This document shows positions 1 to 11,700 of a stretch of DNA of 64,000 nt, piece by piece. Under the pieces are notes generated by a model, which saw nothing but the letters and a program-made list of their open reading frames with translations, made no database searches and was not told the origin of the DNA. The translations under genes and the position numbers were made by a program. Within the stretch, counting starts at the first letter, position 1; every line of letters begins with the position of its first letter. Source of the DNA: an uncultured bacterium. Lineage in GTDB: Bacteria > Patescibacteriota > Dojkabacteria > J137. The DNA lies in the NCBI GenBank assembly GCA_963700155.1, contig OY969472.1, forward strand, positions 598,431 to 662,430, in the 5' to 3' direction.

Positions 1-1599
1 TCAAAAGGATAATGGAATCTTGCATAGGGCATAGCCCCCGAATCATACCAAACATCTATTACATCAGGGATTCTTTTGTATTTTTCACCATCTATTTCAA
101 ACTCAATTTCATCGACAAAAGGTTTATGAGGATCATTTAATTCTGCTCCTGATAATTCTTTTAATTCTTTAAATGAGCCGATAACCATTACTTTCCCAGA
201 TTCTGACTTCCAGACAGGGAGAGGAGTTCCCCAATATCTTGATCTTGATATTCCCCAATCTTTTATTTCGGCTAACCAATTTCCAAATCTACCTTCTTTT
301 ACATGAGACGGAACCCAATTAATTTTTTCATTATTAGCTACTAATTTATCTCTTAATTGGCTCATTGATATGTACCAGGATGTAATAGGTTTATAGATCA
401 GTGGAGTATTAGTTCTCCAACACATTGGCATATCATGTTCATATTGTTCTTCTCTAAATAATCTATCTTTTTGTTTTAAATCTTCAATAATTTTAGGGTT
501 TGCATCTCTATAATTTAACCCAGCATAAGGCTGGATCTCGTCAGTAAAGTCTCCTTGATCATCAAGAACATCGAAACTTTTTATTCCAACTTTTTGAAAA
601 ATTTCATTATCCTCAGCTCCGTAAGGCGCCAAATGAACAATCCCTGTTCCTGAATCAGTTGCTACATAATCAGCATCATATATTTTGTGGGCATTTTCTC
701 GACCAATAAAAAAATCAAATGGAGGAACATATTCTTTTCCTATTAATTCTTCAGCCGAAATTTCACCAACAACTGTGAATGGATCTCCTTTAAATACATT
801 ATCCAAAAGATCTTTTGCAACAATATATGTATTTTCTGTATAGATCCTTTCACTTTTACATATTTAATATTTTTATTAATTAGCTAATCCTAGATTTGAG
901 GGAATAGTCCAAGGAGTTGTCGTCCAAGCTAATAATTATAGTTTTAGGATCTTCTTTTAATGGAAATTCAACAGTTATTGCAGGATCTATAAAAGGTTTG
1001 TATCCTCCTAAAGCTACTTCTGCATTAGATAAAGTTGTTCCTGCTCTAGTTGAATAAGGTACAACTTTGAATCCTTCATACAGTAGTCCTTTATTCATAA
1101 AGCTCTTTTAATGACCACCAGATAGATTCTATGTAATCTTTATCCATTGTTGCATATTCTTCTTCATCATTTGTTAATCTCCCCATCATTTCTTCTAGTT
1201 CCACAATTTGTGCTCTTTTATCAGTTACTAATTTTCTACATAGTTCATTGAACTTGGCAACTCCAAATTTTTCTATATCCTTTTTTTCTTTAAATCCTAA
1301 GTTTTTTTCAACTTCATACTCAACAGGTAATCCTTGGCAATCCCAGCCGATACTTCTTGAGTTACTCTAAATCCTTGCATAGTCCAATATCTTGGAATAA
1401 TGTCTTTTAGTGAGAATGTGAGTGCATGGCCTATATGAGGATCTCCATTTGCAGTAATTGGTCCATCATAAAAAGTTTTATTTTTATCATCAGGTCTTTG
1501 GTTAATTGATTTTTCAAGAATATTGCTTTCTTTCCAATATTTTAGTATTTCTTGTTCAAAAGAAAAAAAATCAGGTTTTCCTGAAGGTTTGCTAAACAT
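1..1599 (-). CDS. ileS: Isoleucine--tRNA ligase (IleRS2-type), N-terminal part; runs off the window edge and carries about 5 apparent indels
   Basis: FYDGPITANGDPHIGH (HIGH motif). Reading across frame changes gives GWDCQGLPVE, YIESIWW, TTLSNAEV, AWTTTPWT, DSGTGIVHLAP and DWGISRSRYWGTPLPVW. Indels near 1360, 1095, 933, 882 and 842. Confidence 0.93.
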
Positions 1600-1631
1600 A
1601 TTTTTCTAATTTCTAAAAGGTAATTGAGTAC

Positions 1632-2087
1632 ATGCAATTTTACATTCAATGTAAGTTATATGCAATGTTGTATAATCAACCAAATAAATATTATTCCAAT
1701 AGTATGGACAAACATTTTAGAGTTGATGATGGATATAATAATACTATTACAAAAAAGAATGCATTAGTAGCTTTTATAACAATGTCTAGATGGGATTTAT
1801 GGCACTGTGAATATTTGATAAATTTTGCAAAAAATTTAGTTTCAGATTTCGATAAACTTAGCTATTTAGATGTAGGACTTTTTAATGATTTACCTGAAGT
1901 TAGGACGATATTAAATTTAAGATTGGAAGGAACAATAAAAGAAAGAGAATTAGAAGTAATGTCAGGGATAATATATATTGTATTTATGATTAAAAAAAAT
2001 ATTGAGAGAGAATCTATGATACAAAAACTAGAAAAAGTTCTTGAATACAAAGTATCTTTTTTTGATCCTAATTCTTATTTATATTAA
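1632..2087 (+). CDS. Hypothetical protein (start may be the ATG at ~1704)
   Basis: 151-aa ORF filling the gap; no recognisable motif. Confidence 0.55.
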   Translation: MQFYIQCKLYAMLYNQPNKYYSNSMDKHFRVDDGYNNTITKKNALVAFITMSRWDLWHCEYLINFAKNLVSDFDKLSYLDVGLFNDLPEVRTILNLRLEGTIKERELEVMSGIIYIVFMIKKNIERESMIQKLEKVLEYKVSFFDPNSYLY

Positions 2088-2119
2088 TCATAAATATTCA
2101 AGAATCTTTAAACAAAAGA

Positions 2120-2455
2120 GTGACACTTGATAATTTAATAGTTTCTTATTTTATGTACGATATTCCCGAGAGTGAGAGAGAAGAAGTTCTAGATACATTA
2201 GTAAAAGATTTAGCGATATTAGTCAGACAAAGTGAAATATTCTCGCCTAAAGATCCATATAAACTCTATGGACTTTCTGAAATAATTGATATCCTAAATG
2301 TTGATTTGGGTAGTCAAGTTTCAGTTGAGACACAAATACGAAATAAAATTTTAGAAATGATAGATATAGTAAATAGTAAGGGGTATGGATATAAAACTAA
2401 AGTTGAGAATCTCCTCAAGTTAACAAAGTTTTTTACCCAAGCAAAATATTATTAA
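2120..2455 (+). CDS. Hypothetical protein
   Basis: 111-aa ORF with GTG start, co-oriented with neighbours. Confidence 0.55.
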   Translation: MTLDNLIVSYFMYDIPESEREEVLDTLVKDLAILVRQSEIFSPKDPYKLYGLSEIIDILNVDLGSQVSVETQIRNKILEMIDIVNSKGYGYKTKVENLLKLTKFFTQAKYY

Positions 2456-2513
2456 TTAACGTCACAAACAGTCCTACGTTAGAATAATTAGGTTAACAGT
2501 GTATAATTGCAAA

Positions 2514-3311
2514 ATGAATCCAATAACTGAAAAAATTTTAAATTCGAGAAAGTATAAAGATATCTATCCAAAAACAATCGAAAGAATAGTAAATGATTGT
2601 ATTAAAAGATATGGAGAAAAACGTGCAGAGAAAGAAGCGAAAGAGCTTATCCATCAAGTATGGGGAGCCTTCTATCGAAGTAGACCAGATTTCCAGAAAT
2701 TACTTGAAAAATTCTCTGCAGATGTTCCAGAAGATGATTATGATTTTGCAAATTTAAAACAGATAGATGATTTATTAAGAATACATTCTTCTACAGTAGA
2801 AAGAATGAAATTCATAGATGAATTTTATTCTAAAATATTTAAAATTACTGGGAAACCAAAGTCCATACAGGATATTGGTTGCGGATTTACTCCTCTGGGT
2901 ATTAAACATATGGGGATTTCAAAGAAAACTATGTATACCGCCTCTGATATTGATTTGGAGGAAATCCGCTTCTTGGCAAAAATATCTAAAATATTATTTC
3001 CGGACTATAATGTAAAATTTGAGGCTGCTGATGTTTTAGTGGATGATTTTGAATATGCTGATGTAGTATTTTTATTAAAAACTATTCCAATCTTAGAAAG
3101 ACAAGAAAAAAATGCTTCTGAAAATATTTTGGATAAGTTAAAGTATAAATATTTAGTTGTTAGTTTCCCTTTAAAAAGTTTATCTGGAAGAGAAGTGGGA
3201 ATGTCAAAATTTTATTCTGAGAACTTTGATGAGATTTTACAAAAAAAATCATTAGTTTATAAAAAATTAGAATTTACAAATGAACTTGTATATGTCATTA
3301 GTTCTGTATAA
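2514..3311 (+). CDS. 16S rRNA (guanine-1405-N7)-methyltransferase, Rmt/ArmA/FmrO family
   Basis: K.LIHQVWGAF, LRIHSSTVER, DIGCGFTPL (SAM-binding motif), DVVFLLKTIPILERQ, VVSFPLKSLSGR..GM and the terminal NELVY are family hallmarks. Confidence 0.88.
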   Translation: MNPITEKILNSRKYKDIYPKTIERIVNDCIKRYGEKRAEKEAKELIHQVWGAFYRSRPDFQKLLEKFSADVPEDDYDFANLKQIDDLLRIHSSTVERMKFIDEFYSKIFKITGKPKSIQDIGCGFTPLGIKHMGISKKTMYTASDIDLEEIRFLAKISKILFPDYNVKFEAADVLVDDFEYADVVFLLKTIPILERQEKNASENILDKLKYKYLVVSFPLKSLSGREVGMSKFYSENFDEILQKKSLVYKKLEFTNELVYVISSV

Positions 3312-3349
3312 TGCTAATATAATAAATATTAGTTTTTAATTATTTACTA

Positions 3350-3604
3350 ATGGGTAAAGTTGAAGCAAATATGGATAGCTCTATCGATGTACAGAAGGTG
3401 TTAAAGTATATCCCAAGAGTTATTGCAGCATTATTCTTTGGAGGATTGGTTGTTTATCAAAATTATATTATATTTCATCTTTTGCAAACTACATTAGGTT
3501 GGGAAAACATTGGAGATATGCAGATAGTTCTGGCTGCAGCTGTTGCCTCAACTGTAATTGAGACATACTTAATTGCAAGAGAGATTGGAAAGTGGATGAG
3601 ATAG
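3350..3604 (+). CDS. Small two-TM membrane protein
   Basis: Two hydrophobic segments; stop 1 nt before the fmt start. Confidence 0.65.
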   Translation: MGKVEANMDSSIDVQKVLKYIPRVIAALFFGGLVVYQNYIIFHLLQTTLGWENIGDMQIVLAAAVASTVIETYLIAREIGKWMR

Positions 3605-3605
3605 T

Positions 3606-4532
3606 ATGGACAAAATTAAGACGATTATTATTGGGACTTCTGAATTTGCTGTACCGATTTTAGAGGCGGCTTTAGCACATCCAATGCTTGAAGTTGCTGC
3701 AATTGTAACTCAACCTGATCGTCCTGCAGGCCGTGAACAAACGCTAAAGCCGTCTGCTGTAAAACAATTCCTTTTAGACAAAAAAAGTGAAATTACAATA
3801 ATTCAACCCGAAAAAATAAAAGATATTTCAGGCGAACTACTTGATGAATATGAACCTGAATTAATTATAGTAGCTTCTTATGGGCAGATAATTCCGAATA
3901 ATATTTTGGAATATCCAAAATATAAATGTCTAAATTTTCATGGTTCATTACTTCCAAAATTAAGAGGTGCTGTTCCAGTAAATATGGCAATTTTACTTGG
4001 ATTTGAGAAAACAGGAGTAACTTTACAGATTATGGCTGAAAAAATGGATGTTGGAGATATTATCTCAACTAGAGAATATATTTTAAAACCTGATGAAACG
4101 GCTGAATCTTTGATGGCTGAACTTTCAATGCTCTCAGTTGAAATCTTAAATCAAGATTTAGAGAAATGGATATTAGGTCAGATTCAGCCATCTGCTCAAG
4201 ATGAATCAGAAGCTACTTATTGTTATAGAGGTGATATTTCTAAAGATAAAGCAGAGATAAAATTTGAAACTGATATAGATTTAGCAGAGCGAATGATTAG
4301 AGCTTTTTATCCATGGCCGGTTGTCTGGTTTGAGCTTCCGGGAAAGGGAAGAGTAAAAATATTTAAAGCTAAAAAATCTGATATTCAAAGCCAGGCAACC
4401 GGCCTTCAATTAACAAAATCAGATAAAAAATTACTACTGAATCTTCAAAATGGTACTCTTGAACTTTTAGAACTTCAACTTGAAGGAAAGAAGAGGGATA
4501 GTGTAATTAATTATTACTTTCTTGTTAATTAA
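3606..4532 (+). CDS. fmt: Methionyl-tRNA formyltransferase
   Basis: GTSEFAVPIL, VTQPDRPAGR, VASYGQII, NFHGSLLPKLRGAVP, MDVGDI, IRAFYPWP. Confidence 0.96.
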   Translation: MDKIKTIIIGTSEFAVPILEAALAHPMLEVAAIVTQPDRPAGREQTLKPSAVKQFLLDKKSEITIIQPEKIKDISGELLDEYEPELIIVASYGQIIPNNILEYPKYKCLNFHGSLLPKLRGAVPVNMAILLGFEKTGVTLQIMAEKMDVGDIISTREYILKPDETAESLMAELSMLSVEILNQDLEKWILGQIQPSAQDESEATYCYRGDISKDKAEIKFETDIDLAERMIRAFYPWPVVWFELPGKGRVKIFKAKKSDIQSQATGLQLTKSDKKLLLNLQNGTLELLELQLEGKKRDSVINYYFLVN

Positions 4533-4534
4533 TG

Positions 4535-5074
4535 TTAATATCTGAATTTCTTTTCATCAGGGTAGTATGTCATTTCAGAAACATCAGGATCTAAAGATAA
4601 TTCTTTTATGAATCTTGCTCTTTTCTCCGAGATTGAAAGTGCTTCCATAAGATCTAACCCATGTTCTTCGACACAACAATAGAAATATTCTCCAAAAACC
4701 AGTAATCTCAATCGTGAACTAAAACTGAATCCCCTAATTTCAAATGCAGTAATTATTGATGATTTATTATTAAGATCACTGAAGAAGAATAGTCTTTCAC
4801 GCAATATTTGTGAATATCGATTAATTCTATCAAGTTCCCTTTCTATTCTTATTTTTATTGTATCATCTGAAAGCTTAGATACTTCCATTGCTTGAATTGC
4901 TGGCAAATAGAAAAGTACAGCCTCCGGATCATTACTAATTTGACTAACTAGTTTATCCCACTTGTTATTTAGTTCTATCTCTTCACGAAGTTTAAGTTCA
5001 TTATAGCCATCACCTCTTTGATAGAAATCATAATCAGGATGAACCAAAAGATATATTTTATTTATTTCTGTCAT
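4535..5074 (-). CDS. Hypothetical protein, possible isochorismatase-like fold
   Basis: YLLVHP and VFGEY..CCV motifs; ATGA overlap with the upstream ORF. Confidence 0.55.
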   Translation of the reverse strand: MTEINKIYLLVHPDYDFYQRGDGYNELKLREEIELNNKWDKLVSQISNDPEAVLFYLPAIQAMEVSKLSDDTIKIRIERELDRINRYSQILRERLFFFSDLNNKSSIITAFEIRGFSFSSRLRLLVFGEYFYCCVEEHGLDLMEALSISEKRARFIKELSLDPDVSEMTYYPDEKKFRY

Positions 5075-5331
5075 GGTTCAATAAAGAAGGGTCTTTTAAC
5101 ATTTATACCTTCTTCAGTTAGTTCATATTTACCTAAATAATCTGCAATTTCTTCTGAATCATTCTTACAACCGACAATTAATCTTTTATAAATTTCTTCA
5201 TCGCTAAATCGTGTATCAGTTATCATAATATAAATCCTTGCTTTTTCTTCATTACTGCCAATATAAGGAGTTATTCTTTCAAATAAGTCTTCTCTAGCTT
5301 CTGTATAGTTTTCTATTGAGGGTATATCCAT
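5071..5331 (-). CDS. Hypothetical protein
   Basis: 86-aa ORF, TAGAAT -10 upstream, translationally coupled to the next gene. Confidence 0.55.
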   Translation of the reverse strand: MDIPSIENYTEAREDLFERITPYIGSNEEKARIYIMITDTRFSDEEIYKRLIVGCKNDSEEIADYLGKYELTEEGINVKRPFFIEP

Positions 5332-5379
5332 AAAATTGCTTTAAAAAATAATAGTTAAAATTCTACCATATGATGAATT

Positions 5380-5622
5380 TTAGTTCTGAAGATCACTGAT
5401 TTTTTGAAGTATATATTGCTCCGGCCAATAATCTGCGGCTTGGTGTAAATATTCTAGTTCTTTTGATTTATTTCCATCTTTCTCAGCTTGGACAGCAAGG
5501 TTATAGAAGTTTCTTGCTTTTGTTTTGGGAACTCCAATAAAATACATATAAGAAAGGAATAAAGCTCCAACAGCAATAGATACTAAAACAAAAACGGAAA
5601 ATTTTTTAATCATCTTCATCAT
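5380..5622 (-). CDS. Small membrane-anchored TPR-like protein
   Basis: N-terminal TM, then a helix pair (YNLAVQAEKDGNKSKELEYLHQAADYWP). Confidence 0.6.
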   Translation of the reverse strand: MMKMIKKFSVFVLVSIAVGALFLSYMYFIGVPKTKARNFYNLAVQAEKDGNKSKELEYLHQAADYWPEQYILQKISDLQN

Positions 5623-6721
5623 ACTTTACTTTTAAATAACCACCGCTACTTAAGAATTTTTGATGATAAATATCAATTATTGAAATAAAGAAGACAATTA
5701 TCAAAGGTCCATATAGTATTCCTAAAGGACCAAAGTAGTAAAGACCTCCTAAAACACTAAAAATAGTAACTAGTGGATGGATTTTTACAGTATTTTTCAT
5801 TATTCTTGGTCTTACTGTAGTATCAATAACATTAATGATAACTGCACAATAAACAACAAGCGCAACTGCAATTAATATTTCAGATGCATTTCCTGTACGT
5901 ATTCCATCAAACGCTAAGAATATTCCTAATGGTCCCCAGACTAGACCTGATCCAATAGGCAATAAAGATAAAATTACCATAATGATCCACAATAATATTG
6001 GTGCACCAACATTTAGAATTAATAAAGGTATCAATACAGCAGTTGCTTGTAATATTGCTACAAAGAAGCTTCCTTTTATAACCCCTTTTGTAGTAGCTTT
6101 AAAATTTTTTACTAAAATTAAGTCTAAATCTTTATCTAGTGGAGATAATCTACTTATAATTTCTGGTAAATTATCATAAATTGGAAAGAAATATATCAAG
6201 CAAAGTAAAAGCAAGAATAAACTAAATAATATTAATCCACTGAGCGATAGAAATTGTTGAACAAATGGTAATAATTGATCCTGTACATTATTTGCAATAC
6301 TTACAGCTAATTGCTGACTATTTAAAGAAGAAATTGTATAGTTCAAATTCAAGCTTTTGAAAACATTATTAATATTATCTATTGTCACATTTATGCTAGA
6401 TTGAAGATTGCTTAAACTCCCAAATAAATCTGAATTTGCTGTTACTGTCGAAACTTCACTTAGTGTTAATAATGCCAAAATAATTATCGGAATAATCATT
6501 AATAATATTGTTAGTATGACAGAAAGAGTAGTACTGATTGCCTTGCTCTTAGTTCTTCTCAAAAAGAATTTATAAAATGGATGGAAAATTTGAACAAGAA
6601 TTAACGCAACAATGATAATGTTCAGATAAGGCAAAAATAATGTGATAGCTAAGTATGCTATTAATACTAAAACTACAAGTAGAAAAATATTTTTTATTTC
6701 AAGTTCTTTTAGTGTACTCAT
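5606..6721 (-). CDS. AI-2E family transporter
   Basis: About 8 TM segments; LLPIGSGLVWGP, DTTVRPRIM, IHPLVTIFSVLGG..FGPLGILYGPL. Confidence 0.9.
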   Translation of the reverse strand: MSTLKELEIKNIFLLVVLVLIAYLAITLFLPYLNIIIVALILVQIFHPFYKFFLRRTKSKAISTTLSVILTILLMIIPIIILALLTLSEVSTVTANSDLFGSLSNLQSSINVTIDNINNVFKSLNLNYTISSLNSQQLAVSIANNVQDQLLPFVQQFLSLSGLILFSLFLLLLCLIYFFPIYDNLPEIISRLSPLDKDLDLILVKNFKATTKGVIKGSFFVAILQATAVLIPLLILNVGAPILLWIIMVILSLLPIGSGLVWGPLGIFLAFDGIRTGNASEILIAVALVVYCAVIINVIDTTVRPRIMKNTVKIHPLVTIFSVLGGLYYFGPLGILYGPLIIVFFISIIDIYHQKFLSSGGYLKVKYDEDD

Positions 6722-6756
6722 ATCTAGGTATAAGTTTACCCTGTTTTAAAAATTTT

Positions 6757-8748
6757 TTACACTATATTATTTTTGCCCCTATTAATTACCAATCCGACAC
6801 GGTTTAATCTTGACCAGTAATAATCAAATGTTCCAGAATCCATCCAGATTAATCCAAACCAAGGATCATTTATATAAAAGGCTTGTGGATTATCAACGGT
6901 ACCTCTTATTCCAGTTATAACTCCACCATGCTGACCATTAATAGCATAAATTCCCGGAGTTCCCCATTGTAAATCGGAATTACTGCTTGTCCCATTATAT
7001 CTCCATATCTCTACTGGATGACCATTTTCTATCGATTTTGCGAGATCATAAATATTCCAGTTAGTATGAAGTTCCGTTTGTATTCCATGATTTGTATAAA
7101 CTTTTTGAATAGGATTCCAATAAACTCCATATCCCCAACTTCCATCTGAATTTCCGACAAAAACTTGATTAGGATCAGCTAGCCATCTTCCTTGTGCATC
7201 CTGGCTACTATCATGTCCTGTTTCTGAAATAATTGAAGTTATACTTAAATCTACTCCTTTCCAAGCTAGTCCCATTTTGGTTGCATAAATATTACATGAG
7301 AACGAGACTGGGTATTGAGGCTGGTAATATAAAGGCATTGAAATTATTACTTCATTATTCCTAATAGTAAATTGAGAGCTGAATTCTTCTGTACTGTTTA
7401 TTCCATCTACAGATTTAACACCTTTAGAAATTTTTACTGTGTAGGATGTTGAGAATGATAAATTACTACTAGGTGTGAAAATTAATGTTTGCTCTTTCCA
7501 TCTATATTTACCTGCAACATTTGGTTGAATTGAGAAATGTTCTTGTGCAGATGTATGATCGACATCCTGATTAAATGTAATTTTAATTTGCGATTTTTCA
7601 TCAACTTTAACTTCACCATTGAAAGGATCAAATTCTTTTACTGCAGCTTTTCCAATAGTTTCAAAAGTATATTTTAATTTCTTGTTTGTTGTTAACCCAC
7701 TTTTACTTTTTGCACCAGAACTCAGTGTAACAGTGTACTTTGTTTCTTTTGGTAATAATGATTCTGGTGTAAATATTAAGGCCCGATCATTTAGCCAATT
7801 ATATGTTCCTTGGGTATTTGGTTCAATTTCCAAATTTTGTTCAACAGAAGATCGATCCATTGCAGTGGAAAATAGTATTTTTATTTTTTCATCAGACTTT
7901 ATATCACTACCGTTTGGTGAAAAGTGGCTTATTAAAGGTTCATTTTGAGTATCAAATTCAAAGTTATGAATAAGAACCGGATTATCATGTTCAATTTCAG
8001 TATTTGTCTCTAAATTATAAGTTTTTGCAGTCCGAAAGATTTGAAGAGTATAGTGAGTACTTAACTCATAATTATCTTTTGGAGTGATTTTAAATTCAGT
8101 ATCACTAATTTTATTTAAAGAAAAATCAATATTAGGCGTGAATTTATAATTAATGTCTACTAAATTATTAACAGGTTTATCGTAAGTTAAAGTTATTTCT
8201 TGATTCTCACTAACTTCAAGAGCTTTATTTTGCGGATTTGTCTCGATAATCTCAGGCAGTTTAGGGCTATCAAAAACAAATCCGCCTTCATGGCCTTCAT
8301 CTCTAAAGCCAAATCTACCTATACCAGTAAAGTAAATAACAATTCGCTGTCCCGGGAAAAGCGTTTCTTTAGGATAAAATTCACCTTCTCTTGTCAACCT
8401 TTGTATTCCTAAATATGGTTTCCATACCCAGTCACCATTTATTTTAGGATTTATATTCTCATAGAGCTTTAAAACATCTACAGGCATATTAAAAATTACT
8501 TTTATTGGCTTATCATAACTTTCCCAGATTCCTTCTGTAACAGGTGTGGTATTTTGAATTTGAGGAGTTATAGTGACATATTTAACCAATGTTATCCCTA
8601 ATGCAGCTATAAGCAATACAACGCTGATAAAAAGCTTTAGAAATTTTTTATTTCTCTTCTTTTTTATTATCCAATAGACATTAAGCCCGAGATCTAAAGC
8701 AATCAATAAAAGAGAGAAGAGTATTATTAAGTCAAAATCAATATCCAT
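6757..8748 (-). CDS. Membrane-anchored Ig-like (SbsA/Big_5) repeat protein with C-terminal C39-like peptidase
   Basis: Two N-terminal TMs; repeated I.I.F...vD..S / L.F.P...L...T.YTV units; YYQ...SCNIYA, QHGGVITG and YINDPW catalytic motifs. Confidence 0.8.
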   Translation of the reverse strand: MDIDFDLIILFSLLLIALDLGLNVYWIIKKKRNKKFLKLFISVVLLIAALGITLVKYVTITPQIQNTTPVTEGIWESYDKPIKVIFNMPVDVLKLYENINPKINGDWVWKPYLGIQRLTREGEFYPKETLFPGQRIVIYFTGIGRFGFRDEGHEGGFVFDSPKLPEIIETNPQNKALEVSENQEITLTYDKPVNNLVDINYKFTPNIDFSLNKISDTEFKITPKDNYELSTHYTLQIFRTAKTYNLETNTEIEHDNPVLIHNFEFDTQNEPLISHFSPNGSDIKSDEKIKILFSTAMDRSSVEQNLEIEPNTQGTYNWLNDRALIFTPESLLPKETKYTVTLSSGAKSKSGLTTNKKLKYTFETIGKAAVKEFDPFNGEVKVDEKSQIKITFNQDVDHTSAQEHFSIQPNVAGKYRWKEQTLIFTPSSNLSFSTSYTVKISKGVKSVDGINSTEEFSSQFTIRNNEVIISMPLYYQPQYPVSFSCNIYATKMGLAWKGVDLSITSIISETGHDSSQDAQGRWLADPNQVFVGNSDGSWGYGVYWNPIQKVYTNHGIQTELHTNWNIYDLAKSIENGHPVEIWRYNGTSSNSDLQWGTPGIYAINGQHGGVITGIRGTVDNPQAFYINDPWFGLIWMDSGTFDYYWSRLNRVGLVINRGKNNIV

Positions 8749-8751
8749 AAT

Positions 8752-11700
8752 TTAATCACCATTAATAAACTTGGTTGTATCCCACTGTGAAAAAACAGTT
8801 TCTAGATTTGCAAAAACAACAGGACCTTTATCATCTGAATATCTATACTGTTTTATATCATCAAATAATGCTTTAATTTTCCATTCATCAACTGAAACAA
8901 ACCAGTGAGGGTGCGTAAGGTAAACTAAATCTTGAGGATGATCTAGAGGCGCTTGCTTGTTTGTGAAATTGTCATTAAATCTTTTTATTAAATCTTCTTT
9001 TGTAAACCAATAGGAGTCAGCTCCATTATCTGGAAATTCCCAAATGCTTAATCTGTCTGAAAGATTACCTTCCCATTTGTTAATATCACTTTTGCTTGGA
9101 AGATATGGATATGTAGTATCTTTTAAATTCCATGGAAGTTTTGTACTATATGACACATTAGCATTTACTAAACCTCCTGTCCTCCCAGATGAATCAATAA
9201 GAAATCCAGTATTTTGCAGTGCGGTTAGTACATTTTCACCTCCCATCCAAGCTCCAATTCTGAAAGAAATTGGACTACCTAGGCCTTTATCGATGAGTTT
9301 ATTTCTTCCCCAAGTATAAATTTTTTCAAGTTCACTTTCAGTATAAGCATAAGAAGGTACATCAGAACCATAAGTTCCTTGTATTATAGGACTTGTTCTT
9401 GGAGTAACTCCGGCTTCTTTCACCATATCATCCCACATATGAATGTGCATTCCAATTTCATCACCATGATTTTGCTGCCTGTCTTTTATCCAATTTGTTA
9501 AGTAATCAGCTCTTTCTTTAGAAATTGTTGCTATTGTTCCATTTTGATCACTTTGTTTTTTTACATAAATTCTTGGATTAAAGAAATGGGTCGATTGAAT
9601 TCCATAAGTATCTTCGATATTAGCTATTGCATTCAAATTATCCTGAGACACATCCCATCCTTCCCAGTCAAATGTCCATGTTACATATAGCGGGTAGGTA
9701 TAAATAAAGGATAATTTCTGGCTTCGATTAATTTTTAGAATGTTATTTGAGTCTGTTGCATTTACTTGGATTGAATATGTCCCTGTATCAAGTCCTGTTA
9801 AATTAATCGAAGCCTCGTAAACACTATTTCCTTTTAAAGTTAACTTTCCAGATTTATTAGTTCCATCGATTGCATAGGTGACAACACTATTGTCGGTAAT
9901 TCCAGCACCTTTGGTATTTGCATCAATTATTAAATTTGTTGATGCTGCAGTAGAAATTTGATTTTTCAAGAACCATTTCCTATTTAAACTTAATTTTACA
10001 GGGTGAATTTGTTCATCTCCTAAAGATATTCCATCACTCGTTGGAGTAGAAGTATATTTATCTTTAGATACGCTAAACTTTTCTGCAAATTCATTACCAT
10101 AATACAAAAAATAATTTGTTGTTATATTTCCAGGGTCTAGATTATCGATAAGTTTAAATGAAATAGCAGTTGAAGATGTATTAGGTTTTTCAAGAAGGAA
10201 CGGCAGCACAAGGTAACTTCCTTTATCGCTGTCAAAATAAATTATTCTTAAATCTGTTCCATCTTTCATCGCTGCTGTTCCTTCTCCGATAGCTTTTTCA
10301 TGATCAAACTTTAATGTTATCCAGCTTCCCGAAAAGAGTGGTAGTGATGAGCTAGTATTTTTTACCGTGATTAGTCTTTTTATCCCAAAACTATCATCCC
10401 ACCAATTTTCTTCTTGTAAAATTAACCTTTTTCTATATATGACAGTATTTGTATCTGCTAAAGCTGGCTTAATAAATACTTCTTGATATAGTGAAGCACC
10501 AACAACTGTAAAAATTATTATAAATACTAAACTTACTAAGGATCTTTCAGTAAAAAACCACCAGACTGTGTTGTAATCTTTTTCTTTAAGTGTCCATTTT
10601 TTTAAGTAATTTTTTATACTTGTAAAAACAGCTGAAAAGAATAAGACAATAAATGTTAGTATCAAAATATCTGTAAAATATAAATGTTTTATTCCGTCTG
10701 GATTTTCGGGAGTAGTAGTGAAATATTTATATCCAAACAACAAAAGTGTGCTGAAAACTAGAGCTTCAATTGCAGTTATCCCAAAATAATTAAATATATT
10801 TTTTATAAATTTCGGAGTGACTTTATAGAATATTTGAAATAACAATAAGACAATTAGTGTTAAAGATAGACTGAGTGTCAGGAATGTTATTGAAGGAGGA
10901 AATCTTCCTTGATCTGGGAGTGGGAATAATAAAGTTGATCTTAAATATAGATAACTTAAAGTTCCTGTTACTGTTAATCCAATAAAGACAATCAGCCAAA
11001 TTATATTTACCCGAATTCGATGAATAAGACTTCTATGATTGTAAAAAAAGTGACCTAGGTATATTCCCAATAAAAATATTGGGAAGTACTGAAAAAGAGG
11101 AAACGCATGTAATGCTCCATCTGAATAAACTTGACCTCCTAGAAGGGCTTTTAGCGTATTTAATTTATCCGATCCAAAATCAATTTGGGAAATTAAACTT
11201 CCAATTCCATAAATCACAGACATAAAGAATAGTCCGAATAAAGGATTCTTTATTAAATATTTATATAGTTTAGGTAGCAAAAGTACAGTAAGTGAAATCA
11301 GGAATAAAGGAATCAAAAACTCACTAAATACAGGAACTATAAAGAAAAATAATGTTGAAATAATATTATTCAGCCATGAGAATGATGGTGGAAATGAATA
11401 AAGTGAAGTATTAACCAAAATAGATGCTGTTGCTAGAATATAATAAGCAAATAATAATTTTATTAAACGGCCGGTTTTTCGTACAACTCTTGCATTTCTA
11501 GATCCATGTTCTTCAACTTCAGGGCTAAAAGTAGAGTAGTAAGCAGCCATTCCAGAGATAAAAAGAAATGAGGTGAAAGAAAATATACCACCAAAGAGAC
11601 CGATGTAATAAACAGCTTTGCTAGATGCATTCCCAGAATAAGTTATTGCAATTACATGAGTGATTATCATTGCAATAACTGCAAACCCTCGCAAAATATC

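Noticed and set aside
1-1599. ileS as a true pseudogene or programmed frameshift gene
   Set aside because: Essential gene with intact motifs, indels lack slippery-site patterns and look like consensus errors.
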